A DNA stretch of 32,000 nucleotides from Gemmatimonadaceae bacterium (GCA_037720885.1 JBBJNN010000034.1:11378-43377), one strand, 5' to 3'. Numbered from the stretch's first letter, positions 1-8,949 are shown. Numbers and translations: made by a program. The notes: a model not told the origin generated them from the sequence alone.

Positions 1-2
1 AA

Positions 3-527
3 CATCTGCGCCGCTGGATCACGCTCGCGCGGGAAAAGGTTCGGTTCCAGGGACTACCGGCCCGCATCTGCTGGCTCGGGCAGGGAGCGCGCGCGCGCTT
101 CGGTGTCGCGCTCAATGATCTGGTGGCCTCGGGCGAGCTCTCGGCCCCGATCGTGATCGGGCGCGATCACCTCGATACCGGCAGCGTCGCATCGCCATTT
201 CGCGAGACCGAGGCGATGCTGGACGGTAGCGATGCGATCGCTGACTGGGCCATCCTCAACGCACTGCTCAACGTGGCGAGCGGCGCGAGCTGGGTATCGT
301 TCCACCACGGCGGCGGGGTCGGTATCGGCAATTCGCTCCATGCGGGCCAGGTGATCGTCGCGGATGGGACGGCCGAGATGCGCGAGCGCCTCGAGCGCGT
401 GCTGACGAACGACCCGGGCATCGGTGTCGCGCGACACGCCGATGCTGGCTACGAGGCGGCGACGGAGTCGGCGCGCCGCCACGGGATCGATCTGCCCATG
501 CTGCCCATGGAGCGATCGATCATGTAG
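3..527 (+). CDS. hutU: Urocanate hydratase, C-terminal part (5' end lies outside the window)
   Basis: The frame is open from the window edge. The translation ...[63 protein letters not shown]...[18 protein letters not shown] is the conserved C-terminal core of urocanases. Stop TAG is at 525-527. The Met at 123 in the ORF track is internal. Confidence 0.9.
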   Translation, partial: HLRRWITLAREKVRFQGLPARICWLGQGARARFGVALNDLVASGELSAPIVIGRDHLDTGSVASPFRETEAMLDGSDAIADWAILNALLNVASGASWVSFHHGGGVGIGNSLHAGQVIVADGTAEMRERLERVLTNDPGIGVARHADAGYEAATESARRHGIDLPMLPMERSIM

Positions 528-594
528 GCAACCCGGACGTTCCGCGTCGCTCTCCGCACGCACCATCGCATCGCTTCCCGCGCCGTCACTCTCA

Positions 595-1566
595 ATGCTC
601 TCCGGCCACTTCCGGCCCTGGCACGTTCCGCTCTTCGCAGCCAAGTACGGGTATCTGCACGTCCGCCGATTCCCGGTGCTCGTGCACTTCGAGGTCACGA
701 TGCGCTGCAACGCGGGCTGCGGCTTCTGCGACTACTGGAAGACGCCGCAGGAGGCGAAGGCAACGGAGCTGGCGAGCTTCGCTGAGGCCGCGCGTTTCTT
801 CAATCCGATCATGATCATGTTCACGGGGGGCGAGCCCACGCTCCGCCGCGACCTCGAGGACATCGTCGCCGCCGTGGACCGCGCGGTACGACTCAAGTAC
901 CTGAGTGTCGTCACGCACGGGGGGATGCTCACGCCGGAGCGAGGGAAGTCGCTCTGGGACGCGGGGCTCAACCAGATCTCCATCTCGCTCGATTACCTCG
1001 ACGAGCGGCACGACGAGGCGCGTCGCGTCCCTGGCCTCACCGCGAAGATCTTCCGCACCATTCCCCGGCTGCGCGAGCTGGGCGTGGACAACATTCGCTT
1101 CAACACGGTGATCAAGGATGGCAACCTCGATCAGATTCTCCCGATCGCGCGCCGCGCGAAAGAGCTGGGTATCGGGGTCGGGTTCAGCACGTACACCGAT
1201 CTCAAGAACGGGAACCGCGATTACCTCCTCCCAGCCGATCGCGTGGGTGAGCTGGATGGGGTGATCGCCGAGCTGCTCGAGTTCAAGCGACGCCACCGCG
1301 GTGTGATCACGAGCTCCGACCATTACTTGCGGCAGGTTCCGAAGTATTTCCGCGGCGAGCTCACCGGCGCGTGCCTCTCCGGCCAGCGAACAATCCATGT
1401 GAGCCCTGCCGGGCAGGTGCGCCGGTGCCCGGATTTTCCGGACGACTTCCACTGGACGGCGTTTCGCCGGTACGAGCCCATCGAGTGCAACGCCTGCTAT
1501 TACGCGTGTCGCGGCGAGGCGCAGGCCCCACTCACGCTGTCGCGCGTTCGTGACGTCTCGGCCTAG
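595..1566 (+). CDS. Radical SAM protein, function unknown, with a Cys-rich C-terminus (possible auxiliary Fe-S cluster)
   Basis: ATG 595 is the first in-frame start after the hutU stop; the 424 start in the track overlaps hutU. It carries the CNAGCGFC (CxxxCxxC) cluster motif near the N-terminus, a GGEPTLR motif, and a C-terminal RCPDFP...ECNACYYAC cysteine cluster. Codon position 3 is strongly G/C. Confidence 0.8.
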   Translation: MLSGHFRPWHVPLFAAKYGYLHVRRFPVLVHFEVTMRCNAGCGFCDYWKTPQEAKATELASFAEAARFFNPIMIMFTGGEPTLRRDLEDIVAAVDRAVRLKYLSVVTHGGMLTPERGKSLWDAGLNQISISLDYLDERHDEARRVPGLTAKIFRTIPRLRELGVDNIRFNTVIKDGNLDQILPIARRAKELGIGVGFSTYTDLKNGNRDYLLPADRVGELDGVIAELLEFKRRHRGVITSSDHYLRQVPKYFRGELTGACLSGQRTIHVSPAGQVRRCPDFPDDFHWTAFRRYEPIECNACYYACRGEAQAPLTLSRVRDVSA

Positions 1567-1567
1567 C

Positions 1568-2839
1568 ATGCGGCCGCTTCTGTTCACGGGCGCGGAGCAG
1601 GTGGTGACGTGCGCGGGTCCGGGCCGGGCGCGGCGCGGCGCGGAAATGCGCGATGCGGGCGTGCTGCGCGGCATCGCGGTCGCTCTCACTGGAGACACGA
1701 TCGCGGCGGTGGGTCCGGAGGACCGGTTGGCGGGCGCGTTCCCGGATGCCGAGCGGGTGGAGTGTGCCGGGTGCGTCCTGACGCCCGGGCTGGTGGATTC
1801 GCATACACACGCGGTGTTCGGGCGGCCGCGATACGAGGAGCAGGAGCTCCGCGCGGCCGGCGTGGACTACATGGAGATCGCGCGGCGTGGCGGAGGTATT
1901 CACTCCTCCGTCCGCGATGTCAGGGCGCGTGACGAGGGGGACCTCTTCGCGCTCGCCGCCGACCGGCTGCGACGCCTGGCGTCGTACGGCACGACCACGG
2001 TGGAGGTGAAGTCGGGTTACGGGCTGTCGTCGGAGAGCGAGCTGAAGTTGCTGCGAGTCATCGCGCGGCTCGCCGGCGCGCTTCCACTCCGGGTGATACC
2101 CACGTGGCTCGGCGCACACGAGATCCCGCTCGAGCGGAGGGAGTCAGCGGCAGCGCGCGCCAGTTATGTCGCAGAATTGGTGAATTCAATGCTCACTTCC
2201 GTTGTCGCCGAGCGGCTCGCGCGGTTTGCTGACGTTTTCTGTGAGCCGGGCGTCTATACGCTGCGCGAGTCACAGACGATCCTGAGCGCGGCACAAGCGG
2301 CGGGTCTCGGAATCAAGCTTCACGCCGACGAGCTCGAGCCGGGCGGCGGCGCGGAGCTGGCGGCATCGCTGGGTGCGATCTCGGCCGACCATCTGGCGGC
2401 CATCTCTAGCCCGGGGATCCGGGCGCTCGCGGACTCGGGCACCGTGGCGACGTTGCTCCCGGGTACCATGCTGTTCCTGGGGAGACCGAAGCAGGCGCCG
2501 GCGCGGGAGCTGATCGATGCAGGGGCGGCTGTGGCGCTCGCGACCGACTTCAATCCCGGCACATCGCCGACTGTGAACTTCCCGCTCATCCTCTCGTTAG
2601 GAGTGAGCCAACTGCGAATGAGCGTGGCGGAAGTGATGATCGCCGCCACGGTGAACGGCGCCGCGGCGCTCGGCTTGGCGGCACGTGTCGGACAGATTGC
2701 GCCGGGTTATTCGGCGGACCTGTCACTGTTCGAGGGAGAGGACATTCGGGAGCTTCCGTACTGGTACGGAGACCGTCGTTGCCGAGGGTCGTGGGTGAGG
2801 GGTAAAACTTGTCACCCGTATGACTTGCGGGTAAGTTAA
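1568..2839 (+). CDS. hutI: Imidazolonepropionase
   Basis: Amidohydrolase-fold motifs typical of HutI are present: LVDSHTHAVF, VEVKSGYGL, KLHADEL, ISADHL, ATDFNPGTSPT. ATG 1568 lies 1 nt after the radical-SAM TAG (1564-1566); an alternative upstream start at 1550 would overlap that gene. Confidence 0.9.
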   Translation: MRPLLFTGAEQVVTCAGPGRARRGAEMRDAGVLRGIAVALTGDTIAAVGPEDRLAGAFPDAERVECAGCVLTPGLVDSHTHAVFGRPRYEEQELRAAGVDYMEIARRGGGIHSSVRDVRARDEGDLFALAADRLRRLASYGTTTVEVKSGYGLSSESELKLLRVIARLAGALPLRVIPTWLGAHEIPLERRESAAARASYVAELVNSMLTSVVAERLARFADVFCEPGVYTLRESQTILSAAQAAGLGIKLHADELEPGGGAELAASLGAISADHLAAISSPGIRALADSGTVATLLPGTMLFLGRPKQAPARELIDAGAAVALATDFNPGTSPTVNFPLILSLGVSQLRMSVAEVMIAATVNGAAALGLAARVGQIAPGYSADLSLFEGEDIRELPYWYGDRRCRGSWVRGKTCHPYDLRVS

Positions 2840-2898
2840 CCGGGTCGCCGCCGCAATCTGCCGCGCCGCGTCCCGCCTACGGAGCGCATGCCGCCCTG

Positions 2899-5238
2899 AT
2901 GTCCAACATCCCCAAGCTCAAGAAACAGGCGGCCGAATTCGAGCAGAAGCGTCAGTACGACAAGGCGCTCGCGAAGTACGTGCAGGTACTGCGCGAGTCC
3001 GAAGAGGCGCAGGAGGAGGCGGACGTCGCCCTGTACAACCGGGTAGGCGACATCCTCCTGCGGCAGGGCGCCGTGGCTGAGGCCGTTGGGTACTACGAGA
3101 AGGCTGTAGACTACTACGCCGACGGCGGCTTTTTCAACAATGCGATCGCGCTCTGCAACAAGATTCTGCGCAACGCGCCCGGCCGCAGCTCGATCTACTA
3201 CAAGCTCGGTAAGATCAGCGCCAAGAAAGGGTTCCTCGGTGACGCGAAGCAGAATTTCCTCGAGTATGCGGACCGCATGCGGCGCAGCGGCGAGCTCGAC
3301 GAGGCATTCCGGGCACTCACGGAATTCGCGGACCTCTGCCCCGATCAGGACGACGTCAGGCTGCTCATCGCCGATCACCTGTCACGGAGTGACCGCAAGC
3401 CTGAGGCGGTCGCGCAGCTGCAAGTGCTCTACCAGCAGCTCAGCGCGGAAGGCCGCGTGCTGGCCGCGCGCGCGACTCTCGATAAGCTGCGCGCGATCGA
3501 CCCGACCGCGCTCCCTGATGGGCTGGACCATTCGGAGCTCGTTTTCCTCGCGACGAGCGCGACGAGCGACACGGAGCCGGGCCCCGACGCAGATCCGGCA
3601 GCCGAATCCGTCGGTTCGATCGAGATCCCCGAGCTGTCGGCCGCGGAGCCCGGAGTGGAGGGGCTTGGCGCCAATGGTGACCTCTCTCTCGGGCTGCTCG
3701 ATCCGCCCGTCAATGCCGAACCGATCGAGGCCGACGATTTCCCGGAGCTGACGGGCGAGGATGCTGCACAAGGCGATCGGCTTCCCGCCGTGGCAACGCC
3801 GACCGAGCTGGACGTGGCCGATCTCCCTCCGCCCATGCCCGACAGGGCCGTGCGTCAGGAATCGGAGGGGTCCGACGCCGAGGTCGGCGCGCGCGAGTCG
3901 AGAGGCCTTCCGCGGTTCTCCGACCTGCCGCTCATCCTGCCGGATGACCCGATTCCCCGGTCGGGCCCAACGCCGCATGCACGGTCGGGCGCGCTGGCAA
4001 GGCTGCCGGAGTTCGAGGAACCCGACCGCGGCGCCGCGTGCTTGCCAGGCGGCCGTCACGGTGAGGAGCGCGGCAGAGCTGACGGATCGCTAAACGAAGC
4101 TGATGCACGGGAACCCGCACAGCCTTCGCGCCACCTGGGCGAGTCGGGTACGTGGCGAGCGGTTCGCCACACCGAGGTGCTGCGCGCGCGGGTGGCGGAA
4201 GAGCCGCAGAACTGGCAACTCCGGCGGTCGTTCGGCGAGTCGCTGCTCGAGGCCGGAGACCGCGATGGTGGGCTTCGAGAGCTCGACCTGGCGCTGGGGG
4301 GCCTCGAGGCGGCGCGGGATTTTTCCGGCGCCCGCTCGATCGCCGACGAGATCCTCCGTGTGACGCCAGACTCGGTCGCGCACCACCAGAAACGCGTCGA
4401 ATTCGCCTTTCGCGCGAGCGACCAACCGCGACTTGTCGAGGCGTACCTCGAGCTGGCGGATTGCTTGCTGCGCGACGGCCAGCCCGACAAGGCGCGGGCG
4501 CTCTACACCCGCGTGCTCGATCTCGCGCCGCACGATCCTCGGCCGCGCGCCGCGCTCGACAGCATCGGTGCCGCCGCCGTCGGCCGTCCGACGCCAATGC
4601 AAAGTGACGGGGTCTCGGGTGTGCGTGATACGAACGGCGCTCGACCGCCCGCGAAGCGCTTCGCCGAGTGGGGATCATCGGGCGGGAACGGCACGACGGA
4701 GAACTCGTTCGTGAACCTGGGCGACTGGCTGCGCGAGGATGACCAGCCCCGCTCGACGAGGATGATCGCGCACGGGGTGGCCGATCCGGTCCCGGGTACC
4801 CGGCAGGCCGACTTCACCGACATGCTCGAGCGGTTCAAGCAGGGCGTCGCCGCCAACATCGAGGATTCGGATGGACAGAGTCATTACGACCTCGGAATCG
4901 CGTACCGCGAGATGGGGTTGCTCGACGAGGCGATCGCGGAGTTCCAGAAAGCGCTGCGCGCGCCAGGCGACCGCGTGCGGACGTATGAGGCGCTTGGCCG
5001 GTGTTTCGTGGACAAGGGACAGTTCCAGATTGCAGCGTCGCTCCTGTCGCGCGCGCTCGCTGATGGCTCGCGGGGCGACGACACGCTAGTCGGCGTGCTC
5101 TACCTCCTCGGCTCGGCCGAGCAGGCGCTCGGATTGAGCGAGGAGGCGCGCGCGCACTTCGCCCGTGTGTTCGCCGTGGACATCACGTTCAAGGACGTGC
5201 GCGAGCGGCTCCGTACGCTGGAGTGCGGCGCAACATGA
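2899..5238 (+). CDS. Large TPR-repeat protein with a central acidic/proline-rich low-complexity region
   Basis: 779-aa ORF. The N-terminal ~200 aa has TPR-like helical repeats (ALYNRVGDILLRQGAVAEAVGYYEKAVDYY, NNAIALCNKILRNAP). The middle part, roughly nt 3510-4190, is Asp/Glu/Pro/Ala-rich. The C-terminal part has TPRs (HYDLGIAYREMGLLDEAIAEFQKAL). Its stop overlaps the next gene's ATG (ATGA at 5235-5238). Confidence 0.8.
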   Translation: MSNIPKLKKQAAEFEQKRQYDKALAKYVQVLRESEEAQEEADVALYNRVGDILLRQGAVAEAVGYYEKAVDYYADGGFFNNAIALCNKILRNAPGRSSIYYKLGKISAKKGFLGDAKQNFLEYADRMRRSGELDEAFRALTEFADLCPDQDDVRLLIADHLSRSDRKPEAVAQLQVLYQQLSAEGRVLAARATLDKLRAIDPTALPDGLDHSELVFLATSATSDTEPGPDADPAAESVGSIEIPELSAAEPGVEGLGANGDLSLGLLDPPVNAEPIEADDFPELTGEDAAQGDRLPAVATPTELDVADLPPPMPDRAVRQESEGSDAEVGARESRGLPRFSDLPLILPDDPIPRSGPTPHARSGALARLPEFEEPDRGAACLPGGRHGEERGRADGSLNEADAREPAQPSRHLGESGTWRAVRHTEVLRARVAEEPQNWQLRRSFGESLLEAGDRDGGLRELDLALGGLEAARDFSGARSIADEILRVTPDSVAHHQKRVEFAFRASDQPRLVEAYLELADCLLRDGQPDKARALYTRVLDLAPHDPRPRAALDSIGAAAVGRPTPMQSDGVSGVRDTNGARPPAKRFAEWGSSGGNGTTENSFVNLGDWLREDDQPRSTRMIAHGVADPVPGTRQADFTDMLERFKQGVAANIEDSDGQSHYDLGIAYREMGLLDEAIAEFQKALRAPGDRVRTYEALGRCFVDKGQFQIAASLLSRALADGSRGDDTLVGVLYLLGSAEQALGLSEEARAHFARVFAVDITFKDVRERLRTLECGAT

Positions 5239-6236
5239 GCGCACTCCCCGCCCGATCCCCACTCACGCCGGCGCTGCGGGACATCCAGGCGCCGGTCCGC
5301 GACCGGCTCGAGCAGGTGAGTGGCGAGCTCAAGCGAATCGTGGTTGCCGACTTCCCGTTGGTCGAGGCCGTCAGTGGCCACCTGCTGCTGATGAGGGGAA
5401 AGATGTTCCGGCCGACGTTGACGCTGCTCGCGAGCGCGGTCGACGAGCGACCAGACCCCTCCGCGTCGACGCTCGCCGCCGTCGTCGAACTAGTCCACCT
5501 CGCGACGCTCGTCCACGACGATTCGGTGGACCACTCCGCGCTCCGCCGCGGGATGCCGACCGTGAATTCCCTGTTCAGTCACCAGATCTCGGTGATCATG
5601 GGGGATTTTCTCTATTCACGCGCCGTCGTCGAGCTCGCGACACTGGGCGACCTCCGCGTGCTCCGGATCCTGGCGGATGCCACGAACGCGATGACCGTGG
5701 GTGAGATGCGGCAGCTCGCCGCGGTCGAAGTCTTGCAGTTCTCGGAGGACGATTACGACGCGCTCATTCGCGCGAAGACCGCCTCGCTTCTCGCCGCGGC
5801 CTGTGAGATCGGGGCCCTGGCTGGGGCAGAACGTCATCAACGCGAGATGGCGCGCTATGGAGCGAGCCTGGGGATGGCATTCCAGGTGGCTGACGACTTG
5901 CTCGATTACACCGCGGACGAGGTCGTGACGGGGAAGCCGAGCGGATCGGATCTGCGCGAGCACAAGGTGACGCTTCCACTGATCGCGGCGATGCGATCCA
6001 TGTCGCCGGCCGCTCGACGAGAAGTCGAGGATTTGTTCGCGGACCCGGAGCCGGACGAGCCGGGCATTGCGCGCGTGGTCGAGATCGTTGCTGACAGCGG
6101 CGGGTTCGAGTACGCGCGTCGGCGGGGCGAGCACTTTGCCGCGGACGCCGAGGCGGCGCTCGACGGACTGCCTGATACACCCGCCGTCGGGGCGCTCCAC
6201 GACGCGGTTGCGTATGCGCTGGACCGGCGCTCGTGA
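5235..6236 (+). CDS. Polyprenyl diphosphate synthase (trans-isoprenyl, medium/long-chain type, IspB/HepT-like)
   Basis: Both Asp-rich motifs are present (LVHDDSVDHSALRRG and FQVADDLLDY), along with GKMFRP and GKPSGSDLREHKVTLP. A small residue (Ala) sits five positions before the first DD motif, as in longer-chain enzymes. ATG 5235 overlaps the upstream stop. Confidence 0.88.
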   Translation: MSALPARSPLTPALRDIQAPVRDRLEQVSGELKRIVVADFPLVEAVSGHLLLMRGKMFRPTLTLLASAVDERPDPSASTLAAVVELVHLATLVHDDSVDHSALRRGMPTVNSLFSHQISVIMGDFLYSRAVVELATLGDLRVLRILADATNAMTVGEMRQLAAVEVLQFSEDDYDALIRAKTASLLAAACEIGALAGAERHQREMARYGASLGMAFQVADDLLDYTADEVVTGKPSGSDLREHKVTLPLIAAMRSMSPAARREVEDLFADPEPDEPGIARVVEIVADSGGFEYARRRGEHFAADAEAALDGLPDTPAVGALHDAVAYALDRRS

Positions 6237-6514
6237 TCGTCCGCGGATCGTCCAGGCGTCGTCCGGGGTTTCATGCTTTGGTCCTGGCAACTGGTTTCGT
6301 GGTCGGCGGGTTCATGACCATGTTCGCGCGTCGCTTCCTTCCGGCGGGCGCGGTGAAGGAATTCTTGACGACGGGGGTCACGCCGTCGGTGGGGCCATTA
6401 CAACTCGACCTCGTGATCATCAAGTTGGCGATCGGGCCAGTCGCGCTCGACGTAACGCTGTTGAGCTTGGTGGGAGTGCTCATCGCGTACCTGATCGCGC
6501 GGTCGCTCTTCTAG
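6233..6514 (+). CDS. Small membrane protein, DUF4321-like
   Basis: 93-aa ORF with GTG 6233 overlapping the upstream TGA (GTGA). It has two hydrophobic segments. The C-terminal pattern GPLQLDLVIIKLAIGPVALDVTLLSLVGVLIAYLIARSLF resembles the DUF4321 family as I recall it. This assignment is from memory and was not searched. Confidence 0.6.
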   Translation: MIVRGSSRRRPGFHALVLATGFVVGGFMTMFARRFLPAGAVKEFLTTGVTPSVGPLQLDLVIIKLAIGPVALDVTLLSLVGVLIAYLIARSLF

Positions 6515-6523
6515 GAGACGGAT

Positions 6524-6787
6524 ATGAACTTCGGCAACCTTGGCTTCGGCGAGATCGTTATCATCCTGCTCATCGTGCTCTTGCTGTTCGGAGCGCGGCG
6601 AATCCCGGAAATCGCCGGATCCTTCGGCAAGGGGATCAAGGAGTTCAAGAAGAGCCTCACCGATGTGGATCGCTCCATCCGCGAGCCGGATCGGGACGAG
6701 CGCATCCGTCCGGCCGAGGCGCCCGTCGCATCCGCCCGCGCCGACGATGAGGCGGCGCAGCCGGAGCCGAAGAGGCTGTTGAGCTGA
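6524..6787 (+). CDS. tatA: Twin-arginine translocase subunit TatA/E
   Basis: The sequence MNFGNLGFGEIVIILLIVLLLFGARRIPEIAGSFGKGIKEFKKS is the canonical TatA transmembrane helix plus amphipathic helix. An AGGAGA Shine-Dalgarno lies about 6 nt upstream. Confidence 0.92.
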   Translation: MNFGNLGFGEIVIILLIVLLLFGARRIPEIAGSFGKGIKEFKKSLTDVDRSIREPDRDERIRPAEAPVASARADDEAAQPEPKRLLS

Positions 6788-6844
6788 GGGGCGGGCGGAG
6801 GCGGCCGTAGCGCATCGCGGCTCTGCCGCCAGCGCACGCCGGAT

Positions 6845-6882
6845 ACAGAGAGGCCGCCCCCCGCGGGGGGCGGCCTCTCTGT
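6845..6882. terminator. Perfect 18+18 nt GC-rich inverted repeat between the convergent tatA and ppiD genes (likely bidirectional terminator)
   Basis: ACAGAGAGGCCGCCCCCC (6845-6862), then GC, then GGGGGGCGGCCTCTCTGT (6865-6882), read directly from the sequence. There is no clear U-tract on the + strand, so it is not a textbook intrinsic terminator. Confidence 0.6.
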
Positions 6883-6893
6883 GTATGCATCCG

Positions 6894-6922
6894 AAAATGC
6901 CGGCAAGATCCCGGGACCGGCA
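6894..6922 (-). terminator. Weak hairpin plus T-tract downstream of ppiD (minus strand)
   Basis: On the minus strand TGCCGG...CCGGCA forms a 6-bp stem (6898-6903 / 6917-6922) around a 13-nt loop that contains the palindrome TCCCGGGA, followed by TTTT (plus-strand AAAA 6894-6897). It lies 10 nt past the ppiD stop. Confidence 0.35.
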
Positions 6923-6931
6923 GGCTGACGC

Positions 6932-8767
6932 TCAGCTCGAGGCGGTCGGCTCCGAACGGAGCGAGCGAATCTTGCGCCGGTCGTCCACGATCTTCGCTTC
7001 CTCGCGAAGGTTGCTCATGAACTGCTGAACGCGCTGCTCGCGTAAGCGGCCGGTGAGAGCGGTCCGCTGCACCTGTTTCTGTGCCTCCCACGCCGCCTGG
7101 TCCGCCAGCTGGCGCCGCTCCACGCGGAGAATGAACACTCCTGTGCGTGTCTTTATTGGCTCGCTGATGGCACCCACAGGGAGCGCGAAGGCAGCGCCGA
7201 CCGCTTCGTTGAGCCGCCCGAGACCGGAAACCGGGGAAGCACGGGTGAACATCGGCGTCTGCTCCACTCGCAGTCCGTTTGCCTGCGCCGCCTGTTCGAG
7301 CGTGCTGCCGCGTGCTACGGCGCTGGCGAGCGCCCTGGCGCGCGGAGCGAGCGCGTCGACCTTTTTCTCACGCAGCACGATCTGCCGGAGATCCTCGCGA
7401 ATCTGCGCGAATCCGGGCTTGCCGCCCGGCACGATGGAGTCGAGTCGCGCGAGGTAGTAGGCGTCGTCGGCCGAGATGAGGGGACTGGTCTCGCCCACCC
7501 GCGCGCCGCGAAAAGCCCACCCGCTCACGTCGGGTACGGGCCGGCCCGCCAGTGAAGTGGCCTCGCCCTCGAATGCGGTGACGCGCGTGACGGGAAGGCC
7601 AAGCGAGCGCGCCGCGCTGTCGAATCGCGCGGGCTGTTCGGACTCCGCCGCCAACTGAGCGAGCTCGTCGGCGCGGCGATCGGTGCGCGCAGCGGAGGAG
7701 TCGCTCTGTTGGATGCGGAGGAGGATGTGCCGTACCGAGAGCGTGTCGCCTTTCTTCTCGTCAACCCGGATCAGGTGGTAGCCGAACGGCGAGAGCACCG
7801 GCTCGGAGAGCTGGCCCGGTGTCAGCGCGTAGGCCGCCTTGGAGAACTCCTGCACGAAGGTCGTCGGCCCGGCCCGGCCCAAATCGCCTCCTCGTTCGGC
7901 CGACACCGAGTCGGCAGACTCCCGCTTGGCGACGTCCTCGAACTTCGCGCCATTCGCAATCTCGTCGCGCAACGCGAGGAGCCGTGCGCGAACGGCGGCC
8001 GAATCAGCAGCAGTGACCGGGCGCGGCAGTGAGATGAGCGAGATGACGGCACGGCCGGGCTGCTCGCCGAACTGCTTCGCGTTCCTGTCGAAGTAGCTCC
8101 GCACCTCGGCATCCGAGACCTTGACCGTCGAATCCGGCACCGATTCTGGCGTCAAGGACACATAGGAGACCTGGGCGGAGTCGTGGTCGTTCTGCCACAG
8201 GTTCCAGAGCTGCGCGTCGGACACGTACACGCCTGTGACGAGCTGCTCGGCGAGCTTCTGCTTCGGAATCTCGGACCGGTAATACCCCTCGAGATATTGG
8301 AGAATGCCCGACTGGCGGGCCCCGGGGCTCCGCAGATACCGCTGATACTTCTCCGGATCGAACTTGCCCTCGGTCTGGAGGTCGGGCGCGCGGAGAATCT
8401 CCGGAGGAGGGTATGAGGCCGCCGCCTGCTGGATCTCGGCGTCGGAGACCCCGATTCCGCGCCGCCTGAGCTCCTCGCGAAGCAGGACGTCGTCCACGAG
8501 CTGGTCGAAAGCCATTTGCTCGTAGCGGTGCTGATCGTCCATGGATGACGAGCCGCCTTGCCGTTGCGCCTGCTCGCTGAGGTTGCGCACGGCCCTGTCG
8601 AACTCGTCTACGCTAATGGGCTCGCCGTTCACCTTCCCGACGGTCGTGCCGCGCGTCACGTTCCGGTCCGTCAGCCCCGACGTTTGCGCGAAGATGAACA
8701 CTCCGACGAACGCGAACACGATGATGAACCAGATGTACTTCGCGGAGCTCCGCATCGATTGCAGCAC
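6932..8767 (-). CDS. ppiD: Periplasmic chaperone / peptidyl-prolyl isomerase, PpiD-like (N-terminal membrane anchor, SurA-like domain, parvulin domain)
   Basis: An N-terminal anchor (YIWFIIVFAFVGVFIFA) is followed by a long chaperone region and the parvulin signature SPFGYHLIRV. GTG 8767 is preceded by GAGGAG 9 nt upstream on the minus strand; an alternative ATG is at 8755. Confidence 0.85.
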   Translation of the reverse strand: MLQSMRSSAKYIWFIIVFAFVGVFIFAQTSGLTDRNVTRGTTVGKVNGEPISVDEFDRAVRNLSEQAQRQGGSSSMDDQHRYEQMAFDQLVDDVLLREELRRRGIGVSDAEIQQAAASYPPPEILRAPDLQTEGKFDPEKYQRYLRSPGARQSGILQYLEGYYRSEIPKQKLAEQLVTGVYVSDAQLWNLWQNDHDSAQVSYVSLTPESVPDSTVKVSDAEVRSYFDRNAKQFGEQPGRAVISLISLPRPVTAADSAAVRARLLALRDEIANGAKFEDVAKRESADSVSAERGGDLGRAGPTTFVQEFSKAAYALTPGQLSEPVLSPFGYHLIRVDEKKGDTLSVRHILLRIQQSDSSAARTDRRADELAQLAAESEQPARFDSAARSLGLPVTRVTAFEGEATSLAGRPVPDVSGWAFRGARVGETSPLISADDAYYLARLDSIVPGGKPGFAQIREDLRQIVLREKKVDALAPRARALASAVARGSTLEQAAQANGLRVEQTPMFTRASPVSGLGRLNEAVGAAFALPVGAISEPIKTRTGVFILRVERRQLADQAAWEAQKQVQRTALTGRLREQRVQQFMSNLREEAKIVDDRRKIRSLRSEPTASS

Positions 8768-8821
8768 GGGGCGTGACTCCTCAAAAAATCAGGGGGAGAA
8801 CGGGCGGTTTTGCGGATCGGG

Positions 8822-8851
8822 AATCTACCCGCCGACGAAGGATAAAAGCAA
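8822..8851 (-). promoter_or_regulatory. Candidate sigma70-type promoter for ppiD
   Basis: The minus strand reads TTGCTT (8846-8851), an 18-nt spacer, then TAGATT (8822-8827), in the only AT-richer intergenic stretch (8768-8949). This is a pattern match only. Confidence 0.3.
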
Positions 8852-8870
8852 GTGAGTATGTCACTTCCGA

Positions 8871-8900
8871 TTGACTTGAATCGTCAGAATATGGTATCTT
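8871..8900 (+). promoter_or_regulatory. Candidate sigma70-type promoter for the long plus-strand block starting at 8950
   Basis: TTGACT (8871-8876), an 18-nt spacer, then TATCTT (8895-8900), about 50 nt upstream of ATG 8950. This is a pattern match only. Confidence 0.35.
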
Positions 8901-8949
8901 CCCGCTCCCTGTCGCCCGCCCCTTGCGGCACACCCGAGGGCTCTCTCGC

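Noticed and set aside
424-594. N-terminal extension of the radical-SAM ORF
   Set aside because: It overlaps the 3' end of hutU out of frame. There are no start codons between the hutU stop and ATG 595.
592-1698. 368-aa minus-strand ORF
   Set aside because: It is a shadow of the radical-SAM gene and the hutI start. It has no motifs and Arg/Ala-rich composition, whereas the plus frame has the CxxxCxxC motif.
2740-2840. Locally lower-GC 3' end of hutI with short stem-loops (GGGTGA...TCACCC, ACCCG...CGGGT)
   Set aside because: The stems are only 5-6 bp and lie inside the coding region. The HutI C-terminus still aligns with the family pattern (PYWYG...WVRGK).
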